IMG/VR virus record: IMGVR_UViG_3300005965_000004 | Location: 1 to 64,000 of that record | Direction: 5' to 3' (one strand) | Source: a virus | Length of the DNA stretch: 64,000 nt | Shown here: in pieces, positions 24,080 to 34,446 of the stretch | Layout of the letters: every line of letters starts with the position of its first letter | Position numbering within the stretch: position 1 is the first letter of the stretch | Program-made: the position numbers and the translations under genes | Notes under the pieces: model-generated | Database searches by the model: none | The model's input: only the letters and a program-made list of their open reading frames with translations | What the model was told of the DNA's origin: nothing

Positions 24080-24800
24080 AATTTTCTTCTTTTAAAATAT
24101 CATTGCATACTACTTCAGCTGAATTTTTTAAATCATTTAAATTACCATTATTGGAAATTATATAGTTCCATTCATTCCAGTTGTCAAGAGATGTCTCCGA
24201 ATCGTGATTAGCAATCTGCTCTTGAGTATTTATATTTCTTGTGATCCTTATGACGTATGTTTCGTATTCATCACAAAACATCTCAGTAATTTCATTTGGA
24301 AATCTACAGTCAGTGATTACAATAAAGTCATCATCAGAATCTATTGCTCTGTTCTTAACTTGATTGACCCACCAATCGTTGTCTACTCTTTTTCTGAAAA
24401 TCTCTGTTCCGTATAACTGAAGAATGTTTCTGGTAATGTCTGTCTTGTTCTCATACCAGTTCTCATCATTGATCTTTAGCTTATTGATGGTATCGTCTAT
24501 ATCTCCAACCTGTGAAGGATACTTCATGTATTCCCTTCCATCAATGAAAGTATATATTTTTCTTTTTATCTCATCTGAAATATTGTCAAGAACATCTACA
24601 AGCTTTCTGAAATCTTCCTTACAACAGTCTTTGAGTGAACGAGCAAAAAGATCAGTTGATACTTTGAATCCTCTTTGTTTTAGAATATCAACAACATATT
24701 CAGAAAACTGATTTTTACCGCAATGTATTTTTCCCGAGATCAGTAGAACCTTCTTCATCATAAACTCCTTCGTTTTCAAGTCATATATTTGGTAAGCCAA
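24054..24800 (-). CDS. deoxynucleoside monophosphate kinase (T4 gp1-like)
   Basis: ISGKIHCGKN, FA..LKD, RNILQLYGTEIFR, VITDCRFPNE, HDSE. Confidence 0.85.
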   Translation of the reverse strand: MAYQIYDLKTKEFMMKKVLLISGKIHCGKNQFSEYVVDILKQRGFKVSTDLFARSLKDCCKEDFRKLVDVLDNISDEIKRKIYTFIDGREYMKYPSQVGDIDDTINKLKINDENWYENKTDITRNILQLYGTEIFRKRVDNDWWVNQVKNRAIDSDDDFIVITDCRFPNEITEMFCDEYETYVIRITRNINTQEQIANHDSETSLDNWNEWNYIISNNGNLNDLKNSAEVVCNDILKEENYDNRYILI

Positions 24801-24811
24801 TCACTAAAATC

Positions 24812-24979
24812 TTAAACTTTTTCATTCAAGAGCCTTGCCGATATATCAACGTAGTCCCTTCCCAGACTTCCTTCAGTAATTGTTCCGTTTGTAATTCTGA
24901 CTTTTCCACAACTACATGAACCATCATGTTCCACAACACTCTGACAATGTAGGCATTTTACTTTTTTGTTAATTTGCAT
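24812..24979 (-). CDS. small zinc-binding protein (55 aa, not in ORF track)
   Basis: MQINKKVKCLHCQSVVEHDGSCSCGKV; GAGGAG RBS. Confidence 0.6.
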   Translation of the reverse strand: MQINKKVKCLHCQSVVEHDGSCSCGKVRITNGTITEGSLGRDYVDISARLLNEKV

Positions 24980-24982
24980 AAT

Positions 24983-25558
24983 TTACTCCTCTTCATCTTC
25001 TTCAGAATATTCGTTATCATCATTATTTTTAGAAAGTTCATCATTTATGATGCCCAATCTTGTTCTCAAGTTACCATCATAATCATAATCTTCGTCGTCG
25101 TGTCCAGAATAGTCTATTATAACTCTTCCACAATTCTGACATTTGAACTGTTCATCAGGGACATCTGTCACATCTTTGAAAAAATATACTCCAAACCCAC
25201 AAGTACATTCAACCTCCAAAAAATTTCCACAAAAAATTTCTTCAACATTATCTGGATGGGACTCATGTAAACAAATAATTTTATTTTTTATAATTTCCTT
25301 ATAATATTCTCTTATCTCTTCTTCTGAACATTTAGATTCTCTTTTTCCATTTTCCATTATATCATTAAATCTTGAGCTATCCAAACATAAATCAATTCCT
25401 TTAAGATTGATTTCGATACCATTGTCTTTAAGAGTTTCAACAATTAAGTTTTCAATCATCTTTATACCACTTATATACCCAACCAACCAATCTTTGTTCT
25501 TTGCTACGATAGGTACGAATTGTGGTTTCTTGTTAATCTTCGGTGGTTTGTATCGCAT
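24983..25558 (-). CDS. hypothetical protein with zinc ribbon and acidic tail
   Basis: CxCG...CQNCG; AAGGAGG RBS. Confidence 0.65.
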   Translation of the reverse strand: MRYKPPKINKKPQFVPIVAKNKDWLVGYISGIKMIENLIVETLKDNGIEINLKGIDLCLDSSRFNDIMENGKRESKCSEEEIREYYKEIIKNKIICLHESHPDNVEEIFCGNFLEVECTCGFGVYFFKDVTDVPDEQFKCQNCGRVIIDYSGHDDEDYDYDGNLRTRLGIINDELSKNNDDNEYSEEDEEE

Positions 25559-25582
25559 AAATACCTCCTTATTTGTAAGTAT

Positions 25583-25981
25583 TTATACATCAGCAATTTT
25601 ATTTTTGCCGTAACTAAAGATTTCAAGTATCTCCTTAATTTGCTTTTCATCAAGAAGTTGAATGTATCTTTCAGCATCCTTCAACCCTACTTCAAAATAT
25701 CTGGCAATAACCATTTTTTCTTTCTGATCCAAATCCTTCTTCTTTTTTATATACTTAAAGTAATGCTTTCTCTTTGGTAGAATAGAAAAGTAGTACCTGT
25801 AGTGAGTACTATTAGGAACATCATACTTGTTTATTTCGTTGACTACAGGTACATATATCTCACTCATAGATACAAACCTGTTAATCATATAACCAGGATA
25901 TCCCTTATTAACCTCTTCATCACTGAAATCTAAATCCTTATTATCAACAGTCAAGCCATCGAGATAATCAAATAATTCCAT
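25583..25981 (-). CDS. gp62: clamp loader small subunit (T4 gp62-like)
   Basis: LFDYL..L, Y..YMINR..S, NEIN.Y, HY.YY...LPK.K.Y.KY.K, A..Y..LL. Confidence 0.8.
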   Translation of the reverse strand: MELFDYLDGLTVDNKDLDFSDEEVNKGYPGYMINRFVSMSEIYVPVVNEINKYDVPNSTHYRYYFSILPKRKHYFKYIKKKKDLDQKEKMVIARYFEVGLKDAERYIQLLDEKQIKEILEIFSYGKNKIADV

Positions 25982-26256
25982 TAGAGTATCCTTTCAATTG
26001 CTTCCTCAATATCTATGCCATTTATCATTTCTGTAGTTGCTTCCTGAGTTGCGTCGTAAATATCATTGAAAAGCTTTTCCTCACTTTTCTCAGGAATTCC
26101 AGGAATGTCAACCTTCTTGTTTGCTTTGGTGACTATCAATTTCTGATACTTTTCACTGTTTACATTACTTAAAAGAATCTTCTTGATCTTGGGCCAAGCC
26201 ATTCTTATTATAATTTTTTTAAGCCAATTCATAATTACTCTCCACATCCCAGCCAC
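25981..26256 (-). CDS. hypothetical protein
   Basis: NKKVDIPGIPE..E.KLF motif. Confidence 0.6.
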   Translation of the reverse strand: MAGMWRVIMNWLKKIIIRMAWPKIKKILLSNVNSEKYQKLIVTKANKKVDIPGIPEKSEEKLFNDIYDATQEATTEMINGIDIEEAIERIL

Positions 26257-26384
26257 ATAATTTTATATTCTGGGTATTTCTTTTTGAAATCGCTTGAAAT
26301 TTTCTTTATGTACTCTTCCGCTTTACTTTTGGGTAGTCTACCAGTATATACATACAGCTTCTTTTATCAAATTCTTTAACCACT

Positions 26385-26606
26385 TCATGAGCCATTACCT
26401 CCTCTTTTCATTTTAACTTTAGGCCATATTGATAGAAATTTTTCCTTTTCTGATCTTGATAATCCTGACAAATCTATATTCCAGATTTCGGATTCTTTCC
26501 ACGAAACTATATAATAGTCGTCGTACTTCTTAATTTTGTGAATGTTCTTCCCCTCAAGAAAATCACCAAGCAAATCTGACAGTTTGACAACTTTTGATTT
26601 AATCAT
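26385..26606 (-). CDS. hypothetical protein
   Basis: 73-aa ORF in operon. Confidence 0.55.
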   Translation of the reverse strand: MIKSKVVKLSDLLGDFLEGKNIHKIKKYDDYYIVSWKESEIWNIDLSGLSRSEKEKFLSIWPKVKMKRGGNGS

Positions 26607-26626
26607 AACAAATTATTTCTCCAAAG

Positions 26627-27151
26627 TCAAGGTTTTACTATTAGAAATCTTTCTTGTTCTTCTCTCAAAACTCTACAATCAACATGGACCCAACTTTGGC
26701 TTGGAAAATCTTCGACTGTTGTTATGTATTTGAAAGCATCTTCATATGGACTATCCAGAATAGTTTTTCTTATCTCAGCAGAATCAATTCCATTCATGTA
26801 AAAGTCTATTGCTCTTCCATATGTATGTTGAGAGAATCTTGAATACTCCGGAGAGTTTTCGTATCTTATCCCCGACCACATTCTACTACCACCAACATGC
26901 CAATTGTTTATTATCATTGGTTTATCGAAATACTCTCTTATCATATCGGCAGTCCATAACATTCTCCAATCAATGACAGAGATTGATTTATCGCCTCTAA
27001 TGCTATATGTCTCAGGGTCTACGAACTCCTGAACTACAAAATGCTTTAGTTTATATTCTACCATAGGAGCCTCTAATACTGTTATTTTTCTAAAATCAAA
27101 CAAATGTTTCAACAATTTCCATCTCATATTATATATCCTTTGAAGATTCAA
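26627..27151 (-). CDS. peptidase M15-family (endolysin-like) protein
   Basis: IREYF.KP.IINNW, SG.R, SQH..GRAIDF, WVHVD.R. Confidence 0.8.
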   Translation of the reverse strand: MNLQRIYNMRWKLLKHLFDFRKITVLEAPMVEYKLKHFVVQEFVDPETYSIRGDKSISVIDWRMLWTADMIREYFDKPMIINNWHVGGSRMWSGIRYENSPEYSRFSQHTYGRAIDFYMNGIDSAEIRKTILDSPYEDAFKYITTVEDFPSQSWVHVDCRVLREEQERFLIVKP

Positions 27152-27650
27152 ATGGATTGACCTTTACGAGTTTATTGTATCCTTCTCCATCTGTTGGTGG
27201 TTCAAAGTTCTTCTTCATACCATTGATGACTTGAGCCCACTTGGATACATCATATCCACGGGATTCTCTCATTCTATATTCAATATTTCTTTTGTCTTCT
27301 GTAAACCACATATATACAATCTCAGTCTCACCAAAGTCTTTTGTAATCAATCCATAACTTCTCTCAAAATCTCTGATGGATTCTACTATTTCTATTCTCC
27401 TGGCAGACTTTATATGAGTCTCATCGACAATAACATCAAGACCGTGCTCTAGTGCCATTTCGATTGCCTTGTTAGTTGATTGTTTGATAAAAGGTTCAAA
27501 TCTAAAATCGAATGTATACTCTCCACCCTTTATCATCGATCTGTATGCGTCACGATTGACAATAACAACTTCTTTGTTCTCACTGGCAAACTTTCTTGAC
27601 CATGTTGATTTACCAGAACCCGGCAACCCAATTGTTAAGTAAACTTTCAT
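27129..27650 (-). CDS. polynucleotide kinase-like AAA_33 protein
   Basis: GLPGSGKSTW, NRD..R.M, DVIVDET. Confidence 0.8.
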   Translation of the reverse strand: MKVYLTIGLPGSGKSTWSRKFASENKEVVIVNRDAYRSMIKGGEYTFDFRFEPFIKQSTNKAIEMALEHGLDVIVDETHIKSARRIEIVESIRDFERSYGLITKDFGETEIVYMWFTEDKRNIEYRMRESRGYDVSKWAQVINGMKKNFEPPTDGEGYNKLVKVNPFESSKDI

Positions 27651-28012
27651 ATTAAATCCTTATCCATGAGTTCCATCTACTAAAGATATTCCATGTTTAA
27701 TTCCACTTAGAAAATTTCTAGCTTCCTCTATATCAATCTTAGAGACTTCTATACCAATCTCATTTCCAATATCAGAAGCATCGTACCAATCTTCACATTT
27801 TTCCAATATCTTTATGATGTCTTGCTTGTTCATATATCACAATACTTATTATTGTAAATTTTTAATTGTTTCATTTTGAACTTCAACCCATTCCCACCTG
27901 TTTGGTTTTTCCATCATCATAATCATTTTGTCCAACTTTATTTTTTCAAAAATTTCTATCATAATAATTCCAATGACATATCCAATCAAAATCATAACCA
28001 TAGTTACCTCCA

Positions 28013-28792
28013 TTATATATCAATCTCAACAATCTCGCTTTCAACTTCTTTTATGTCAAATTGGTCACGAGTAATCGGTAATTTAAGTCCCTTGTCTTTC
28101 CATTTCTCAAAAAGCTTTTCTTTAGATTGTTTCCACTTATCATCGAAAACACCCATTCCTGATGATTGGTGGTAGATAAGTACATCAGCAACGGCGATTT
28201 TGTATCCCATTTCCTGTACCCTTAGACAGAAATCTATATCGTAAAAATCGTTATACTCATATGTCTTATCGTCAAAAGAAATTCCCTCTTTTAGAAATCT
28301 GCCTTGAGTTATCATTATACAACCATCAACACAAACAACATCATCAAAGTAACCTATGACACCTTTCTGAAGATGGAATCCTTCACCAATTTTACCTTCG
28401 TTCTTACCCTGAATAAGATGTCCTCTCATTTTGTCAGGTGTTGTCATCCACCACCCACCTCTTTCTGTCAATTCAGTAGTTCCTGCTATTCCGACAATGG
28501 CTACATCGTTCTTTTCAGCAAAAAGAAGTTCAACCTTCTCTCTAAATAAGTTGTCAAGAATACCAACATCTTCATGCATGAAAACAATGATATCATCATC
28601 CTTAAGACCTGACTGCATTGCTGCTTCTATACCGGCATTATATTTCTTGAAAATGTTTTCATGTTTACCTTCTTCTTGATCGAAGACTGATAGAACTTGT
28701 GCTCCTATCTTCTTCAATGATGGTTCAGCAAACATCTTGAATTTTTGCTCGTCATGTCTAGGTATTATACATTTAAAGTTTGACATTACCAT
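28013..28792 (-). CDS. glycosyltransferase-like protein (GT-A)
   Basis: YNAGI, VFMHEDV, VGIAGT, VDGCIM, FYDIDFCL, H.SSG. Confidence 0.8.
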   Translation of the reverse strand: MVMSNFKCIIPRHDEQKFKMFAEPSLKKIGAQVLSVFDQEEGKHENIFKKYNAGIEAAMQSGLKDDDIIVFMHEDVGILDNLFREKVELLFAEKNDVAIVGIAGTTELTERGGWWMTTPDKMRGHLIQGKNEGKIGEGFHLQKGVIGYFDDVVCVDGCIMITQGRFLKEGISFDDKTYEYNDFYDIDFCLRVQEMGYKIAVADVLIYHQSSGMGVFDDKWKQSKEKLFEKWKDKGLKLPITRDQFDIKEVESEIVEIDI

Positions 28793-29048
28793 TCTCCTTC
28801 ATTGTCTCAAAAAGACTCTTTACGGATAATATAACTATTTCATTATAGCATTTGTGACAAAGCTCTGCTGAGTCTTCTCTACCGGATATTGGTTGTGATT
28901 TGCTGAAGTCATGTTCCTCGATTCCGTCGATTCCTTCCCAACCAGGGTTTTTACCGTTGGCAATATCTGTCAGATGACAAAGCCACACAAAGACATTACC
29001 TCTTTTCTTCAGTTCTTTGCCACAACAATCACAAAAGTATCTAACCAT
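28773..29048 (-). CDS. small zinc-finger protein
   Basis: YFCDCCGKE...LCHKC. Confidence 0.6.
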   Translation of the reverse strand: MVRYFCDCCGKELKKRGNVFVWLCHLTDIANGKNPGWEGIDGIEEHDFSKSQPISGREDSAELCHKCYNEIVILSVKSLFETMKENGNVKL

Positions 29049-29415
29049 TATAAGACCTCCAACATTTTTTGAATATCATCTTTACATATAATTGAAAGTT
29101 TTGTATGGTTGTTTTGATAAATTTTAATTTCAAAATAATCATACTTATTGTTGTGAATTTTTTAAACCTTTTTATCAAATTATTTAAATCTAACCTTTTA
29201 TCATCATATTTACATTTAGGACATCCACATAATCTTGATTTAGCAACATGGTCAGATGGTTTTATCAACCATCTATGACCACATTGATTACAAGTTATTG
29301 GGACTTTACTTCTTGAATCAATCCAATTTTCTTTGACTTCATCATAATTATATCTCCAATTCCAAATTAAATTTGCTTTTTCTAACCAGTCCTCAAATAT
29401 TACTTTCTTTCTCAT
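29041..29415 (-). pseudogene. degenerate DUF723-type homing endonuclease fragment
   Basis: KV.ITC..CGH.W...PSDH....GCPKC repeat, then frameshift and truncation. Confidence 0.65.
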
Positions 29416-29468
29416 ATAAATTCCTTATAAAGATATTTATTTCTTTATAAGGAGATTTATATATTAGA

Positions 29469-30431
29469 CTATAAAATACCCATTAATTCTAATAAACACG
29501 CTGTAAAATTGATTTCTTTGTCAAGGACGTGAACTGAGCGAAACGCATATTCAGCGATTATTAAAATTGATTGAGCCTGCTTATCTTTATCTAACATTGG
29601 AACAAGATTGTCAAACAGATTTCTATAAAGCTCATCATAGTTGTAGTTTCTCTCTATGATATATTTTCTTGCGGCTGTTAGCTTTCTGTTGACAATCATA
29701 TTATAAAATTCAGTATCAACATTTTCTACGTTGAATATACCATTGTCAATCATTCCACTTGCTTTAGAGTAATGCTGAAGTAAGCTTACCATTCTACGAA
29801 TATCTGGATAGAATGTCTCCACAACCTTCTTAATAACTTCTGGAGTATACTCAACATTCTCAAACTTCAAAATACCACAAAGTCTCTTAAAAATTATTGG
29901 CTTCAGTTCCTTCTGAATTTCAACATCCATCATGTTGAAATCTACTAACTGACACCTTGACTTTAGTGGTTCAATTATTTTTGTGAAGTAATTACATGTC
30001 AAGATAAATCTACATGAGTCCTGAAACTCCTCCATGAATCCACGCATAGCAGCCTGTAGTTCTGGTGTGGCTCCATCAAACTCATCAAGAATACAAATTT
30101 TCTTTCCACCCTCGTTCTCACCGAACATAGAATAAGAAGTTGCGAATTTAGATATTCTATTTCTCAGTGTGTCAATACCTCTGTCAAGAGATATATTGAT
30201 GTATATATAATCCGACTTTATGTCATTGACAAGGGCTTTTGCTATAGTGGACTTACCAGTTCCCGGACTAGATGAATAGAGAAGAAGATTTGGAATCTCC
30301 TTCTCCTTTACCAATTGTTGGAAGAAAGCTTTGACCTTTGGAGCAAGTAGAACTTGCTTAACTGACATTGGGCGATATTTCTCAATCCACAAACTATAAG
30401 ACAACTGTTTTGACTTATTTACCTCAATCAT
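29469..30431 (-). CDS. gp44: clamp loader large subunit (T4 gp44-like)
   Basis: LWIEKYRP, PGTGKST, ILDEFD, FILTCN, PLKSRC, FYPDIRR. Confidence 0.95.
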   Translation of the reverse strand: MIEVNKSKQLSYSLWIEKYRPMSVKQVLLAPKVKAFFQQLVKEKEIPNLLLYSSSPGTGKSTIAKALVNDIKSDYIYINISLDRGIDTLRNRISKFATSYSMFGENEGGKKICILDEFDGATPELQAAMRGFMEEFQDSCRFILTCNYFTKIIEPLKSRCQLVDFNMMDVEIQKELKPIIFKRLCGILKFENVEYTPEVIKKVVETFYPDIRRMVSLLQHYSKASGMIDNGIFNVENVDTEFYNMIVNRKLTAARKYIIERNYNYDELYRNLFDNLVPMLDKDKQAQSILIIAEYAFRSVHVLDKEINFTACLLELMGIL

Positions 30432-31153
30432 TTATTCCTCTTTACTTTCAATTTTTCAAGTTTCTCTTTATTTCCCTTCACGATCTTTTTAGTTTCTGTC
30501 AATGTAAGATTCAAAGAAGTTGATGTATCTTTTAGAGATTCTCTCTTGATGTATTCTCTAAGAACTTTGTTAATATGTCTTGCTGAAGGCTCTTTCAACT
30601 CAACAGTATTACCATTAGTCCCCCTTTTCTTCCTTCTTTTTTCGATCTTCCTTTGAATTTCGAAATTCTTCTTCAACATTCTAGCCATTGCTCTTTTTTG
30701 ACTTCTGGTAATCTTTCTATTTATTTTTCCAGAATCATAAGCACTCTCAGACTCTTTTTCTTTCTTGGTTTTCCCACGAAAAAGGCATCTGCACGGGACG
30801 GGTGACTTGGTAACAGATTCTAAACCCTCGTATCCTCTTCCGTAACAATATCTACAACTTTCCTTAGGGTCTTTCAACTCTGTTCCATTTTCCTTGGCAA
30901 TCGATTTGATTATTTCAAAAGGAGTCATATCCTCCCTTTTAATAACCTTACCCTCACCGGTTTCAACAAAAGCATCAGCATCATCTGGAGTATCATATTT
31001 AGCGTCTGTAAATAGACCACCAGATTCATACTCATCATCGAAGTTTTCAGGAACAAACAACTGGTTTTCTTCCTGATCCAAAACTTCATCAACTTTAGAT
31101 TTTTTTTCGGAATTCTTTTCAGGCTCTAAATTCTCTTCTCTTTTCTTTGTCAT
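30428..31153 (-). CDS. hypothetical protein with C..C.GRG..CRC zinc motif
   Basis: acidic N-terminus, SCRYCYGRG...PCRC, basic C-terminus. Confidence 0.65.
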   Translation of the reverse strand: MTKKREENLEPEKNSEKKSKVDEVLDQEENQLFVPENFDDEYESGGLFTDAKYDTPDDADAFVETGEGKVIKREDMTPFEIIKSIAKENGTELKDPKESCRYCYGRGYEGLESVTKSPVPCRCLFRGKTKKEKESESAYDSGKINRKITRSQKRAMARMLKKNFEIQRKIEKRRKKRGTNGNTVELKEPSARHINKVLREYIKRESLKDTSTSLNLTLTETKKIVKGNKEKLEKLKVKRNK

Positions 31154-31164
31154 AAATGAACTCC

Positions 31165-31872
31165 TTACTGCCTTACACGACCAGTATAAATGTCAAGACT
31201 AATATCCTCATCAACCAATGAAATTCTTACAAAACCCTGAGATTTTATTTCAACAACATAATCTCTTTTAGCTGGAAGATTTTTAAAAGTATCCGAAAAC
31301 ATTATGAAGTCAATCTCATCATCGAAATTTGTCAGGTTCTCAACCTCAAATGACTTCTCAAATGTATTGTCATGTAGATTGTGGAAGACCTTGAAAATGA
31401 TTTTACTTCCATCACCGATAACCTGCGTCTTCTTTGAATTGATAAGACCAATCATCTTCAACAACTCATCAAGCTCTTCTGAAGAAATCTTGATACGAAT
31501 ATCTGGGTCCTTAAAATTAATTGACTTTGGACCCGCTGCTATTGACTCTGGGTTTGACAACAGATAACTAGATTTAGAACTTCCTTCCTTCATAATAACA
31601 TTCTTCTGCTCAATATCAATTTCAGGTTCTCCTAGAGCCTTGAAGTAGTTATAGAACTCCGGATAATTGTAAAAAGCAACCTGGTCATATTGGAAGTCAA
31701 AGTAATCCTTTGGGGCTACCAACTGATATGCGATAGTTGACTCTGAATCTGCTCTTCTTACCAAGACATTTCCATCATCATCCTTCTCAAAAATAACCTG
31801 AGTATTGATTGATGTGAGGTCTTTCAACAAATCAAACAATTCACTTTTGTACTGAACTTTAGACATAAACAA
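31165..31872 (-). CDS. gp45: sliding clamp (T4 gp45-like)
   Basis: LLK.L.SIN..VIF, F.FYN..EF, size and position next to gp44. Confidence 0.75.
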   Translation of the reverse strand: MFMSKVQYKSELFDLLKDLTSINTQVIFEKDDDGNVLVRRADSESTIAYQLVAPKDYFDFQYDQVAFYNYPEFYNYFKALGEPEIDIEQKNVIMKEGSSKSSYLLSNPESIAAGPKSINFKDPDIRIKISSEELDELLKMIGLINSKKTQVIGDGSKIIFKVFHNLHDNTFEKSFEVENLTNFDDEIDFIMFSDTFKNLPAKRDYVVEIKSQGFVRISLVDEDISLDIYTGRVRQ

Positions 31873-31939
31873 CTCCTTGTTGAAATGTTCGTCTTTATTT
31901 TAATAATAACATGTTTCTTTGATTATGTCAACAACAAAA

Positions 31940-32311
31940 TTATCTGTCGTCGCCAGAACCTGTCAATTTGTCTCTTCTCTTCCTGTCAAACAATTTATCT
32001 ATATTTGCTTCTGCTACTTCGTCAAGGGACAGATTTAGTTCAGAACACATAGCAGAAACATACCAAAGAACATCTCCGAGTTCTTTCTTCAAATCCTGAA
32101 CATTGGAATCCTTAATTTCTCCACCTTGATCCCTAAGAATCTTCTTGATTTTTCCTTGTATCTCACCAACTTCTCCTAGACCGTTTGCGCAGTAAGAAAG
32201 ACCAAGATACTTCATAACAGTACTAGGAATTTCTTCGTAACCACATTGCTTGAACTTGTCAAGATAGATTGCTGTTTGTGAAGCAAGTCTTTGGTATTCA
32301 TCAAAATTCAT
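31940..32311 (-). CDS. MazG-like nucleoside triphosphate pyrophosphohydrolase
   Basis: MNFDEYQ..A..TA.Y, GEVGE, KELGDVLWY, NIDKL..R..R..L.GSGDDR. Confidence 0.92.
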   Translation of the reverse strand: MNFDEYQRLASQTAIYLDKFKQCGYEEIPSTVMKYLGLSYCANGLGEVGEIQGKIKKILRDQGGEIKDSNVQDLKKELGDVLWYVSAMCSELNLSLDEVAEANIDKLFDRKRRDKLTGSGDDR

Positions 32312-32314
32312 TGT

Positions 32315-33934
32315 TTACCTCCGCAGTTTGTTATTGAGATGTACAAATATTCTATTTTGTAATTCATCAGAAAGTTTATCAATAATTGATTCTATGTCAC
32401 CATTTTCTGTAATCTTCTCTGCTATATTAAATACTGACATCACAGGACGAGCATATTCTTTACCATCTTCAGTTTTGAAAAACTTAAAATCATCAAATAC
32501 AAGTGGGATATTTTCTTGGCACCATTTTAATAAGTTGAGCATGACACCACGAATTTCCCAATGAGCAAACTTATCACATCGCATAGTAAATATATGTCTA
32601 AGTTCTCTCAAATTAGATTTGAAAACTATTTCTGTTTTAATATTACTAGGAAGAAACAATCTTCTATCATCATTTTTATATATTCCTTTTAAAGATTCAT
32701 AACAAGAAATTTCATTCTGAGTATTATACACATAATTATATTGTCTTTCTATATCGTCAAATGGAGGACTAACAACATTATACTTATCACAAAAATTATT
32801 GAACTTAGAATTAATCTTATCATCTATATTAGATAATGAAGATGCCATAGATAATTTTCTTTCCATTATTAGTTCGAAAGAAAATTCACTATACATCCAA
32901 TCAACTATTTTTTTAATATCTTTTTTTCCTTGATAAACCAATTGAAAACTTTTAGTTTTAGAATAAATATTTTTTATATCAACATTACAATTTTTATGTA
33001 ATACAATAGATAACCATTCTAAAAATTCTTTACAACCAGAGGTAAAAGTTAATTGTCTTTTCCAATTATTTTTATACCAACCTATAAAACCACCCCCTTC
33101 AAAAAATCCTCTTATAAAACTTGACAAATATTCTTTTGGCAAATTTTTTTCTATAAGATTATATCTGAGATTTAGTGATTTATTTTCTTCACATCCATAA
33201 ACATTTTTGAATAAATTATACAAAGATTTAGAACTTATATTAAGTTTAATTAATCCTTCTTTTTCATATGGATATATATTACCACCAATAATAAAATGTA
33301 ATTGTTGTAAATATTCTATATCTTTTATTTTAAATGAGATAACATAATTAGAACCATTATTATATAAATTTCCATTTGCAAATAAAAATCCTAATATCTG
33401 AGCATAAACATGATTAATATTTTCTGGTTCAAAATTATTAACAATATCAGAAGAAAAACAAAAATCTCCACGTTCTCTAATTTGGATATTATTATTTTTA
33501 AGTATATTAATTATAGTTTGTGAGTTACATCCATATAATTTTGATATTTGATTAGCCGATTTGCCAGTTTGATAAATATCTATTATATCTTTTTCATCCT
33601 CAATAGAAAACTTACAAAAAATATTTCTTTTATTTTGAATACTATCATATGAACAATATCTCGTACTTTCTTGGGCATATGACAACAATCTATGTCTAAC
33701 TAATTCATGAGTTAAATATCTGCTTATATTACTTAATTTAACTGTTAAATGAGCGAACTCAAACATAGCAAAATGGCCTCTATTCATCAAATTCTTAACT
33801 AACTTTTTATCAGTCTCAGGAGTAGCTTTATCCTGAGACTGATAACATGTTCTTGCTGCTGTTGCTATGTCTTTAATCACATCTTCAGGCTTAGTCAGCA
33901 CTTCAAATTTACCAGCATTTTTCAATATTTTCAT
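32315..33934 (-). CDS. thyX: flavin-dependent thymidylate synthase with in-frame LAGLIDADG insertion
   Basis: AARTCY.S, GH...FE, HELVRHR..SYAQESTRY, LP....TEIV...NLRELRH....RC...AHWEIR; about 280-aa AT-rich insert. Confidence 0.9.
   Translation of the reverse strand: MKILKNAGKFEVLTKPEDVIKDIATAARTCYQSQDKATPETDKKLVKNLMNRGHFAMFEFAHLTVKLSNISRYLTHELVRHRLLSYAQESTRYCSYDSIQNKRNIFCKFSIEDEKDIIDIYQTGKSANQISKLYGCNSQTIINILKNNNIQIRERGDFCFSSDIVNNFEPENINHVYAQILGFLFANGNLYNNGSNYVISFKIKDIEYLQQLHFIIGGNIYPYEKEGLIKLNISSKSLYNLFKNVYGCEENKSLNLRYNLIEKNLPKEYLSSFIRGFFEGGGFIGWYKNNWKRQLTFTSGCKEFLEWLSIVLHKNCNVDIKNIYSKTKSFQLVYQGKKDIKKIVDWMYSEFSFELIMERKLSMASSLSNIDDKINSKFNNFCDKYNVVSPPFDDIERQYNYVYNTQNEISCYESLKGIYKNDDRRLFLPSNIKTEIVFKSNLRELRHIFTMRCDKFAHWEIRGVMLNLLKWCQENIPLVFDDFKFFKTEDGKEYARPVMSVFNIAEKITENGDIESIIDKLSDELQNRIFVHLNNKLRR
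32790..33640 (-). mobile_element. HTH plus LAGLIDADG endonuclease insert in thyX (boundaries approximate)
   Basis: ILGFLFANG and FIRGFFEGGG helices; no recognisable intein splice blocks. Confidence 0.7.
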
Positions 33935-34068
33935 TATTCATCAACCCTCAAGTGTTTTTACATTCCTACAAATTTCTGAGGCTCAAAATGGCTTTTACAA
34001 TAAAGACAATTCATATTACTCTCCTGATTTTTCTTTAGTAAGTTCTTGAATAAACTCTTCATCATCTT

Positions 34069-34365
34069 CTATATTTTCAATTTGTCTCTAAGAATATTAT
34101 TACAAAGCTGATTGAAAGTAATGTTTCTTCGGTGGGCTTCTTCGTAGAGTGGAAGAAGTTCTTCTATTGAAAATTCTATCTCAACTTCTTCCATGTTTGA
34201 GTTTTCTTCTTCTTCAAGAACCCATTTACTTATATCTTCAGAAAGCTTAGGGTTCTCATCCTTGATGAATCTGGAATATGCCATCAGAGCCTCTCTTGAG
34301 GCTCTGGCATATACATCACTTCCTTTTGGCTTCAACACAAAGTATTTCATCTCTAAACCAGACAT
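34069..34365 (-). CDS. hypothetical protein
   Basis: MKYFVLKP motif; start after AAGGAG downstream of the promoter at 34412-34440. Confidence 0.65.
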   Translation of the reverse strand: MSGLEMKYFVLKPKGSDVYARASREALMAYSRFIKDENPKLSEDISKWVLEEEENSNMEEVEIEFSIEELLPLYEEAHRRNITFNQLCNNILRDKLKI

Positions 34366-34446
34366 ATTATAAACTCCTTTCAAAAATGAACAAATATCAT
34401 TCAATATCAAAATTATATCATATTATTGAAATGTTGTCAACTATTT

